A program made the translations under genes and the position numbers. From the IMG/VR virus record IMGVR_UViG_3300024259_000022: a DNA stretch of 64,000 bases. One strand, written 5' to 3'. Positions 28,693-36,657 of this stretch are shown piece by piece; positions within the stretch are counted from its first letter, which is position 1; every line of letters begins with the position of its first letter. Under the pieces are notes generated by a model. That model had not been told where the DNA came from. It saw nothing but the letters and a program-made list of their open reading frames with translations, and did no database searches. This DNA is from an uncultured virus (IMG/VR IMGVR_UViG_3300024259_000022) (Duplodnaviria; Heunggongvirae; Uroviricota; Caudoviricetes).

Positions 28693-28972
28693 AATAACCA
28701 CCTGTCAAGGCAGCTCGTTTCCATGTGTTAGTCGCTGTGCATACATAAATATAAGAACTATCATATGCAATCTCACCAAGTATTCCTGTTCCACTACTTG
28801 TAGGTGACTGACTCTGTGCAACTATTATACTAAATAACCACCTGTCAAGGCAGCTCGTTTCCATGTGTTAGTCGCTGTGCATACATAAATATAAGAACTA
28901 TCATATGCAATCTCACCAAGTATTCCTGTTCCACTACTTGTAGGTGACTGACTCTGTGCAACTATTATACTA
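28693..28972. repeat. Exact 140-bp tandem duplication of the 3' end of the fibre-like gene
   Basis: 28693-28832 is identical to 28833-28972. Confidence 0.95.
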
Positions 28973-31593
28973 TCTGCTCCAAAGGTCATACGACCTGTTA
29001 CCATATTCATAATCATTGGTGTTCCACTATCACCTGCTGGTATTGATGCAGGTGCTGATGTTGACTTTACTCCCAAGGCATCAGTTAATAACTGCCATTG
29101 ACATAGGTTAGTATTCATCTGTTGCATTAAGATTTTACTATGCACAGAGTTTCCTCCATCAACCATAGCAAATCTTGCTCTTAATCCTTGGATAAGTAAA
29201 ACAGATTGTAAAGTAGATGCTTGGTTAAATATTTGCCAACCTGTATTGATTGCTGGGTTGCTTGCTCCAAGTCCTAGTTCATAGTCTCCAGTATAAGCCA
29301 AATTACCTACACCTACATGACTGTCTATTTGTGCTACACCATCTACATTTAGGTCTACATCAATATCAACTGAACCTGTGAAGTTAACATCTGTTGAAGT
29401 TACTCCATTAATACTGTCACAATGTAAAACATATCCTTCGTTAATATATATATCATCCTCAAAAGCAACAGAGGAAGTTGTAGCACTTGCCATAGTATCA
29501 GTTAATATTGTTCCATTGACAGCCAAACTCTGAGCGATAGTCATACCATCATCTTTTATAATCACACTATCAATAGGTGAACCAGATGTGTAGGTCTTTA
29601 TAACCGCCTTAGTATTACTTGTAGTATTTTCTTGGGCAAACTCTAATGCTCCAAGGTGATGAACAGTAGTATTATTGTAGTTTCTAAATCTAAATGCTGA
29701 ACCATCACCATTAGCAGGTGCTCCATCATATTGCCTATCAATCATAGTGTGAAAAACTGCTGAACCAGTTGATGCTTGGCTCTTAACAAACTGGTTAAAG
29801 CCAGTAGTGTCAATATTTAATTGACCTGTCACATTAACTATACCAGCATCTGTGACAAGTTCTATGTTAGTTCCATTATCTGCTGTCAGAGTCATTGTGT
29901 CACCACTGGTGAGAGTTAACTTACTTGACCCAGCATTTATACTCATATCTCCTGTAGTGCTTTGATAGTCAGCACAATCAATATGACCATCTATATTAAC
30001 TGTGTCTGTCAGTTTTATAACTCCTGTTTGAGAAGGATCATTAAGAGTTATGTTTAAGTCTGTTCCATCATAATAAATACTAGAACTTTGTGTTGTTCCA
30101 AAATATAATTTATTAGAGTTAGAATCGAGGTTTATATCACCACCTACGGTTAAAGTCCCAAACATATCCACAGCATCTGTGGTAGAATTAACTACTAGGC
30201 TATTTGTGCCTACAGTAAGGTCGCTACTCATAGACACATTACCAGTTAGCCCATCAATACCAATAGCAATGCCAGAATCCCAAAGTATATTAAAGTCAAG
30301 ATCAACCGCACCAGCGTTAATTACGATTCCAAGAGTTTCGTCCATACTAATAAAGTTTATGCCACCTACAAGCATGTCTATTTGGTTGTTTGTAAACTCG
30401 ATATAAGTATCAGCATCTCCGTTATGAGATAGACGAGCATCGACATTAATATTAGCACAAGTAATATCGCCTGTAGTTATTAAATTTTCATCCGCAAAAC
30501 TAATAGTTCCACTTGTAGAACTAATGATAGAATTATCTCCATCTATTTGCAAATTACTTCCTACTGTTAATAGCCCTTCAACCAATAGGTCATCGTTAAT
30601 TCTAACTTTCTGAGTAAGTGGTCCAATACTTGGATTAGAAAAACCTATTCTTAAATCTTGACTATCATAGTAAATAAAACTTTCTTGATTTTCACCAAAA
30701 TAAACTCTATAGCCATCTGGTAAAATTATATCATCTGTGACAGTTTGACCACCCCTACCTGCTAACAATAGATATTGAGTATGATCATCAGCAGCAAGGC
30801 CAGTTAAAGCAGAGTGAGCAGTAACCCCCCCACCTCCTCCACCACCAATAGATTCCCCATCAAAAGTAAGTCCTGCACTATCTTCATCTAACCTAGAAAC
30901 TATATTTGCCTGATCTGAAGTTAAATGGTAATACTCGTCAACAACACCTCCTTGAATACCTGTAAGGTCGTTATGAACACTAATCCCATCTTCTCCATCA
31001 AAACTATGAGTATGACAACAATCAGCATTACTTCCATCCATCAATGTTGTTAGTTTGGTAGTCGTTACAAGACCATCATCCAAATGTTCTAGAAGAGTAT
31101 GAGACTCATCGTGAGCTTTAGTGACAGCATTTTCTATAGCTGCTCCTGAAGACGAAATATCTGAAAGCTGATTAATATATCCTGCTTTTGTAACATAACC
31201 ACTAAGGTCTATACCACCTACTAAAGCAGCAGCAATTAAATCATTAACATCAGCAACAGTTGTTAAGCTATCATGAGTATGAAGGCTATCAGCATCAGAC
31301 CCAACTCCGCCCATTAGAATATCGAATCCTGTATGTGTGTGACTTGTTTCTGAATAATCATCATGACCGTGAGTATAGTCGCTAACTAATGCTCCAGAAA
31401 GAGTGGCGCTCCTTATAATAATAGAACTAGCTAAACTTTCTGCTGTATTGTAAGGAGGACCACTAGGCAAATTCATCAAATCAATATTAGTACCATTAAC
31501 ACCTGTTTGCAATATATAAGGAACCACAATATCTGTGATAGATATAGGAAGACCACTATTATTTGTAAACAACCATTTTTCTGTTATTGCCAT
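28825..31593 (-). CDS. Fibre/spike-like structural protein
   Basis: 922 aa G/T/D/S-rich; HxH motifs (HTH, DDHTQY); beta-repeat shaft; C-terminal GEIAYDSSYIYVCTATNTWKRAAL. Confidence 0.65.
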   Translation of the reverse strand: MAITEKWLFTNNSGLPISITDIVVPYILQTGVNGTNIDLMNLPSGPPYNTAESLASSIIIRSATLSGALVSDYTHGHDDYSETSHTHTGFDILMGGVGSDADSLHTHDSLTTVADVNDLIAAALVGGIDLSGYVTKAGYINQLSDISSSGAAIENAVTKAHDESHTLLEHLDDGLVTTTKLTTLMDGSNADCCHTHSFDGEDGISVHNDLTGIQGGVVDEYYHLTSDQANIVSRLDEDSAGLTFDGESIGGGGGGGVTAHSALTGLAADDHTQYLLLAGRGGQTVTDDIILPDGYRVYFGENQESFIYYDSQDLRIGFSNPSIGPLTQKVRINDDLLVEGLLTVGSNLQIDGDNSIISSTSGTISFADENLITTGDITCANINVDARLSHNGDADTYIEFTNNQIDMLVGGINFISMDETLGIVINAGAVDLDFNILWDSGIAIGIDGLTGNVSMSSDLTVGTNSLVVNSTTDAVDMFGTLTVGGDINLDSNSNKLYFGTTQSSSIYYDGTDLNITLNDPSQTGVIKLTDTVNIDGHIDCADYQSTTGDMSINAGSSKLTLTSGDTMTLTADNGTNIELVTDAGIVNVTGQLNIDTTGFNQFVKSQASTGSAVFHTMIDRQYDGAPANGDGSAFRFRNYNNTTVHHLGALEFAQENTTSNTKAVIKTYTSGSPIDSVIIKDDGMTIAQSLAVNGTILTDTMASATTSSVAFEDDIYINEGYVLHCDSINGVTSTDVNFTGSVDIDVDLNVDGVAQIDSHVGVGNLAYTGDYELGLGASNPAINTGWQIFNQASTLQSVLLIQGLRARFAMVDGGNSVHSKILMQQMNTNLCQWQLLTDALGVKSTSAPASIPAGDSGTPMIMNMVTGRMTFGADSIIVAQSQSPTSSGTGILGEIAYDSSYIYVCTATNTWKRAALTGGYLV

Positions 31594-31688
31594 AGAATTC
31601 TCTAAGAACGTATAAATTTATAATTACATACTTAATATTTCTGCTTTATAAGAATAAAACCTTGTTTTTTATACCGTGATTTGGAAAT

Positions 31689-31716
31689 AAAAAAACCGTG
31701 ACTGTGAATCACGGTT
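31689..31716 (-). terminator. Intrinsic terminator
   Basis: AACCGTGA-TTCACAG-TCACGGTT followed by a T-run. Confidence 0.7.
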
Positions 31717-31858
31717 AGTTAAATTGTGGCTTAACTACACCATTGACAAAGACTCTTTATTCGCTTTTGAACATATAACCTCGTTCGTACAAAATACACT
31801 TTAGTCTTTAGTATCTCTTTAATATATTATAACTTTCTTCGAAAATTCCTTCTTTTTT

Positions 31859-32044
31859 CTAAAAAGGTATATCATCATAATTAGTTTCAGGATCTGAGAA
31901 ATCCATAGTAGTAGGTGAATCTTCATACATCCTTTGTCTTATCTCCTCCATTGTGGGCTTTCTCCCTAGTTCCTTAAGAAGCTCTTGATACGCTGTGTTC
32001 CAATCTAAACCCATTGTAATAGTCGCTTTTTTAAACCAGTTCAT
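31859..32044 (-). CDS. Small protein with MNW-type tag
   Basis: MNWFKKAT..LLKELGRKPTMEEI (resembles a sigma region 3-like helix). Confidence 0.6.
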   Translation of the reverse strand: MNWFKKATITMGLDWNTAYQELLKELGRKPTMEEIRQRMYEDSPTTMDFSDPETNYDDIPF

Positions 32045-32080
32045 AATAAATATCTATTCAAAACTACAAATAAAATACCT

Positions 32081-32602
32081 CTATAAATTTATCTCAAATT
32101 CTTTATCTTTATCATTTATAAAAACTAACTTATCAAAAGAAATCTCTGTGCCTTCTACAAAGCTATCCCCTCCAAATTGAGCAGCTTCACCCTTCTCAAC
32201 ATAAGCAATAGTACAATGTGGCTGATACTTGTTAAATGATTCTGTTACATCTAACTTTCTTTTTATATCCTCATGTAATCTTCTAAGATCTTCACTAATA
32301 ATCTCAATCTTAACTACATCAAAATCAGGACTCTTCTTAAAATAAGAAACTTTTCCTAATTTTATTTTTATAGATTTGTAACTCTTAGCTATTTCTTTAA
32401 CAGATTCTACACTATTGTCACAAACTCCATAGATTACCGTTATATGGGTGTCTGTCTCTCTCCCCTTGCCTTCCTCCTTGCATAAGATACTATCTGAGAT
32501 ATTATCCTTGCCCCACTTCTTAATCTTACTAGCGGGCTTCTGAGGAAGTCTTACGGCTATCCATCCACTACACTCTTTTTTTGCTCTTTTATACCAATTC
32601 AT
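32081..32602 (-). CDS. 2H phosphoesterase, Acb1/T4 57B-like anti-CBASS nuclease candidate
   Basis: Two HxT motifs THITVIYG and YQPHCTIAY; SEDLRRLH segment; MNWYKRA tag. Confidence 0.75.
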   Translation of the reverse strand: MNWYKRAKKECSGWIAVRLPQKPASKIKKWGKDNISDSILCKEEGKGRETDTHITVIYGVCDNSVESVKEIAKSYKSIKIKLGKVSYFKKSPDFDVVKIEIISEDLRRLHEDIKRKLDVTESFNKYQPHCTIAYVEKGEAAQFGGDSFVEGTEISFDKLVFINDKDKEFEINL

Positions 32603-32974
32603 CTATTTCTCAACATATTGTTGCTGATTCTGAAACCAATCATTATTTTGCCATAATGGAATAGGTTTCTCTTCTTTTTTAGGAGCTTGTGGCTCAACAG
32701 TTTTCTTATTACGATACCTACGACTCTTACGACTATTATTTAAAAGAATATCCTTATCTAAACCAAGACCTTTAAGCATTGATTCCATTGTGCCAGTAAG
32801 CAATTCCTCTCCTCGATGCTGATCATGGATAATCGTAACAAAACCATTATCTAAATTAATAAGCTTCTTACCCTTCTGAGTAACATTGATGTCAGGATGC
32901 TTTCTTAACCTCCTAACAAACTCAACAGCATTCATAGATAATTTATTTAATTGCGCTCTTTTATACCAATTCAT
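32603..32974 (-). CDS. HicA-like protein with MNWYKRA tag
   Basis: MNAVEFVRRL..VTQKG..VTIIHDQHRGEELLTGTMESMLKGLGL fits the HicA fold; lacks the GSH histidine. Confidence 0.6.
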   Translation of the reverse strand: MNWYKRAQLNKLSMNAVEFVRRLRKHPDINVTQKGKKLINLDNGFVTIIHDQHRGEELLTGTMESMLKGLGLDKDILLNNSRKSRRYRNKKTVEPQAPKKEEKPIPLWQNNDWFQNQQQYVEK

Positions 32975-32977
32975 TAT

Positions 32978-34168
32978 TTAATTACTCATTCCCTCTGTTC
33001 CTGACCCCTCATTATATAAAAACTCAATATCATCTTGAGATAGTGTCTTAGTAAATATGCAGAAGTTATCTAAATCACCATCATAATAATTAGCAGGAGT
33101 TCCTGAAACATTATTTGCTCCGACATATAATAAGTGAGGAGAAGTAGTGAAAGAATCCATATCATTTGCCACATTACCACTTGTTTTTACAAATACACCA
33201 TCAACATATAGTTTTATATTCATAGTGTTAGTATCAACTTCTTGAGCTGTTATAGTAATCATTCTCCAGTCGTTACCAACATTATCTGTAAACACTTCAG
33301 ATGGAGTAGTAATAGTAGTTAATGCTGTTGCCTTATACTCAAAAGAAATTTTACCATTTGAATCTAAAATAATGTTATAATAGTTAGTAGCGGCAGTCCC
33401 CTCAACACCTGCAAAAGACTGTAGTGAAGATGCAGATGGATGACCATCAAGAGGTTTTGCCCAAAAATTAAAACTAAAACCATCAACAAAAATAGGAGGT
33501 GGGCCTAAGGCTGCAGTAGCAATAAAATCAGAAAAACCGTTAAATGATAATGACGTATTTATCTTACCTGATACTGTTAATCCTGAAGTATTTGCCTGAG
33601 CAGTTCCATCATTTCCATACTCATTAATAATATTAGTATTAGATAAATTATCATTCATCTTATACTGGAGTATTGTATCACTAGTTAAATCTATTGAGAT
33701 ACTCTCAGTTAATACCCAATCAGTAATATCGTAACCAGCGTCTAAACTTAAATTACTCCAACCAACAGGACACGAGTTAGTATATAAAAATGCTGAAGAC
33801 CAATAAGAGTCCATCTCTACATTAATCCAGTTATCAAGTTTCTCTTTATCAGTGCCATCAAAACTGCTATTACTAACAACATGATTATTAACCGTTCTGA
33901 CAGCATCTAACAAACTAGCAATATTAGTTGCTATATTTAAAGACTGAATATAAGCCGCATTGTAAGGTGATAGAAGTGCTGACTCTATTTCTAATGCTGC
34001 ATCTGCATCAGCAACAGACGGTGTAGAGTCTGGATATGTAGTTGTATCAACATCTACGATCCCGTCAAGAGCAGATCTAGCATTAGCAGCCACGCCCGAC
34101 AACGCAACTTCGACTGCCGCATATGCTTGTGATATCGTATTATATAAGACTGGATCTATTTGGGCCAT
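32978..34168 (-). CDS. MAQID-domain protein fused to a LamG/concanavalin-like domain
   Basis: Likely start MAQIDP at 34168; GKINTSLSFNG, FSFNFWAKP, IKLYVDG, YDGDLDNFCIFTKTLSQDDIEFLYNEG. Confidence 0.8.
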   Translation of the reverse strand: MAQIDPVLYNTISQAYAAVEVALSGVAANARSALDGIVDVDTTTYPDSTPSVADADAALEIESALLSPYNAAYIQSLNIATNIASLLDAVRTVNNHVVSNSSFDGTDKEKLDNWINVEMDSYWSSAFLYTNSCPVGWSNLSLDAGYDITDWVLTESISIDLTSDTILQYKMNDNLSNTNIINEYGNDGTAQANTSGLTVSGKINTSLSFNGFSDFIATAALGPPPIFVDGFSFNFWAKPLDGHPSASSLQSFAGVEGTAATNYYNIILDSNGKISFEYKATALTTITTPSEVFTDNVGNDWRMITITAQEVDTNTMNIKLYVDGVFVKTSGNVANDMDSFTTSPHLLYVGANNVSGTPANYYDGDLDNFCIFTKTLSQDDIEFLYNEGSGTEGMSN

Positions 34169-34240
34169 AAGGATTTTATCCAATATATCATTACTTAATA
34201 ATATATTATCGTTTCTTAGACAAAATCCTTGAATATTTTT

Positions 34241-34273
34241 AAAAAAAAGAGCCATCCTGTAAGACGACTCTTT
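34241..34273 (-). terminator. Intrinsic terminator
   Basis: AGAGTCGTCT..GGATGGCTCT followed by T8. Confidence 0.7.
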
Positions 34274-34453
34274 AGGGGCGGTACTGAATGGTATTCAATA
34301 ACGCACTTCCACCAAATTACTTAAGGTAATCAATCTAGGGCGCATAGTTAAATGAATTGGCATCTAACCACCTGCGGTCCACCAAGTTGCTTGAGGCAAC
34401 TAATCTAACTAATCTGACCTATATAACTGATAAGGCAATATAGGTTCTACAGT
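34241..34453 (-). ncRNA. Candidate ~210-nt structured RNA with two covarying repeat units
   Basis: Lies between a TTGACA-N16-TATACT promoter and a terminator; no plausible ORF; compensatory stem changes between the repeats. Confidence 0.55.
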
Positions 34454-34458
34454 CAGAT

Positions 34459-34486
34459 AGTATATCACATTAATATCACTTGTCAA
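34459..34486 (-). promoter_or_regulatory. Sigma70-type promoter
   Basis: TTGACA-16 nt-TATACT with extended TG. Confidence 0.7.
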
Positions 34487-34602
34487 TAGTTATTTTAAAA
34501 ATTGTTTCATCATTAAGAATAACTGCCTGAGGAGGTAATAAAACCCAACCTACCTTATATTCCTTTGATATAATCCTATACCAAATCCTTTTAAAATAAT
34601 AT

Positions 34603-34830
34603 TTAAATTTTTTCATCATGCTCTTCTAATATATTCTCAATACATTGAAGGAACTCTTCCCCTGTCCAATTCCTATGAAAACCACCTCCCTGAGCTTCAT
34701 CAAATCCCCAAGTAAGGTTAATATTCATCTTACTAGCATCTCTCAAGGTTCTTCCAACATATCTCGTAGATTCATCTAAAGTCTTCTCTTTCGTAAAACC
34801 AACTTTTGTATTCACTTCTTTTATATTCAT
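34603..34830 (-). CDS. Hypothetical protein
   Basis: GGAG RBS. Confidence 0.55.
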   Translation of the reverse strand: MNIKEVNTKVGFTKEKTLDESTRYVGRTLRDASKMNINLTWGFDEAQGGGFHRNWTGEEFLQCIENILEEHDEKI

Positions 34831-34844
34831 TTATTTCTCCGAAA

Positions 34845-35090
34845 TTAACACCATCTCTCATAATATTCTTTACCATGCTTATCATCAATAGGATAAACTC
34901 TAAACTCTAATTTTACAAAATTCTCACTACCACACTTAGAACAAAACCAAGCAGCATTGTAATTACCTGGAAAATTGTAATGAAAATTAAATACTTCCTT
35001 GTTCCTATGCTCACAGTGAGCACATTGCCATACGTAAAACGTTTTCTTCGGTTGCATACTTTCTCCTTTGAATAAAATTAATCTATTCAA
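34845..35090 (-). CDS. Small zinc-ribbon protein (likely start MQPKK at 35057)
   Basis: WQCAHC..WFCSKC; AAGGAG RBS before the internal ATG. Confidence 0.6.
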   Translation of the reverse strand: MNRLILFKGESMQPKKTFYVWQCAHCEHRNKEVFNFHYNFPGNYNAAWFCSKCGSENFVKLEFRVYPIDDKHGKEYYERWC

Positions 35091-35229
35091 AAGAATCTAA
35101 ATATAATAAACATTAGTACAATCTCCTGCCAGTAATTCCTAGCTTTTTCATAATTTTAAGCACAGCATTAATCTTTTTTCTTGACTTCTTTTTCATATTT
35201 ATATATCGACAGATTCGATAAGTGGACAT

Positions 35230-35292
35230 AAAAAGTCGCCCTTGCGAGCGACTCTTCTTAGTTGGTTAAGCCAACAAGTCATTGACGTAGTA
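35230..35292 (-). ncRNA. Candidate ~60-nt small RNA or attenuator leader
   Basis: Promoter TTGAAA-N16-TATAAT (35298-35325); GTTGG-CTTAA-CCAAC hairpin; AGTCGC..GCGACT-T5 terminator. Confidence 0.45.
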
Positions 35293-35327
35293 ATATTATT
35301 ATATCAAATAACTTTCGCTTTTCAATG

Positions 35328-36176
35328 TTAAACTGTTTGAGGTTGCTGAACTTCGTCAGGATATGTGTGATCGTTGATGATTTGTAAGTATTTATGTTTA
35401 ATAGCCATTGCTATATCAGAGTCAGTTTGATACTTACTGCCTACAAAACCATTTAATAAATTTATGGCCTTCTGCCTTGAGTCAAAATATAAAAGACGAT
35501 TTTCTAACTTCTTTCCATGTTCATCTTCAAATTGCTTCCACCATTCTTTCATTTGCCTAGATTTATTTTCTCTTAATTGTGGGTTCTCTTCATATGTTTT
35601 TTTAATTCTATCGCTCTGTCTCTTTTTAAGATCTGGATCGTTGTCCCATCTTTGTTTTATTTTCTTTCCGTGATCTTCTCTCATCTCAGGATTATCTATA
35701 TATCTTTGTTTCATCATTTCACCGTGTTCTTTCCCAACTTCTGGATGTTCTTCATAAAATTTCTTTTTTCTCAAACTTTGTTCTTCCTTTTGTTTGGGAT
35801 CTTGCCATCTTTTCTTACTGGCATAAGATGCATCTCTAATTTCTTCTTCTAGCCCCAATCTCCTTAAAACATTATAAATTGTTCTAGCATTAATACCATT
35901 CGTATTTAGTATTTCTATAACTCCCATTCCCTCACCATATGGAGGAAGACGATACATCTTCGCTACCCTTCTATCATAGTCTAATCTTTCTTGTTTTATA
36001 TCTCTCCACTTATGCTTATCATTCAAAATAGATATACTTTTTGGATGAACACCGAACATACGACCAATCTCTCTAAAACTTTTACCTTCATTAACTAAGT
36101 TTTTTATAGTTTCAATCTGGTCATCTGTCCAACTTATCCATTTTGCTATCTTTAATTGTCTCTTATACCAATTCAT
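35328..36176 (-). CDS. HTH plus NUMOD3-like repeat protein with MNWYKR tag
   Basis: WTDDQIETIKNLVNEGKSFREIGRMFG HTH; repeats of the type KKRWQDP/KKFYEEHP/KQRWDNDP. Confidence 0.6.
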   Translation of the reverse strand: MNWYKRQLKIAKWISWTDDQIETIKNLVNEGKSFREIGRMFGVHPKSISILNDKHKWRDIKQERLDYDRRVAKMYRLPPYGEGMGVIEILNTNGINARTIYNVLRRLGLEEEIRDASYASKKRWQDPKQKEEQSLRKKKFYEEHPEVGKEHGEMMKQRYIDNPEMREDHGKKIKQRWDNDPDLKKRQSDRIKKTYEENPQLRENKSRQMKEWWKQFEDEHGKKLENRLLYFDSRQKAINLLNGFVGSKYQTDSDIAMAIKHKYLQIINDHTYPDEVQQPQTV

Positions 36177-36598
36177 GCTCTACCCATAATTGTAGAGATT
36201 TTCTTATCTGTCCTTCTAATTAGCCTTTCAATATTCATTATCTCTTTTTTAACAATATTACTGGCAGGCATTCCTTGATACCATGGGTAATCAGGAGGAG
36301 CATTATCATGATATTTACCAGGATAATATTTCTCATAATAACCAGGAGCAAATTCTTTAATCTGTTTAAGTTTTTGATTCAAAACCTTAATCTCTTCCTC
36401 TAATGGCATAATGTCTTGCATCTTCTTGTGATGTCTTGCATTACGCTTAACTTGCTGGTTCCAATCATATTGGCCAGGTCTTTCTTTATCAACTTCACTA
36501 TCTTCAAAAAGATAAGGATTTATTCTACTATCATCTTCTAGAACTTCTTTATGTTGTTCAGGAAATGCTATCTTTAATTGTCTCTTATACCAATTCAT
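36173..36598 (-). CDS. Hypothetical protein with MNWYKR tag
   Basis: First 33 nt identical to those of 35328..36176. Confidence 0.6.
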   Translation of the reverse strand: MNWYKRQLKIAFPEQHKEVLEDDSRINPYLFEDSEVDKERPGQYDWNQQVKRNARHHKKMQDIMPLEEEIKVLNQKLKQIKEFAPGYYEKYYPGKYHDNAPPDYPWYQGMPASNIVKKEIMNIERLIRRTDKKISTIMGRA

Positions 36599-36657
36599 AT
36601 CTATCTATTACAAAAATTAATATAATTCTCCTGCTTTAATTAACTCCTCTGCCATCT

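Noticed and set aside
28693..28972. DGR template/variable repeat pair at the fibre C-terminus
   Set aside because: The copies are identical with no adenine-specific mismatches, and there is no reverse transcriptase in the window
34308..34407. CRISPR array
   Set aside because: Only two imperfect repeats, the spacer itself forms a hairpin, and there are no cas genes in the window; reported as a candidate ncRNA instead
34560..34595. Extra AAAGGATTT promoter-like site
   Set aside because: It lies inside a small ORF (MMKKFKYYFKRIWY..) and lacks a properly spaced NAAW box
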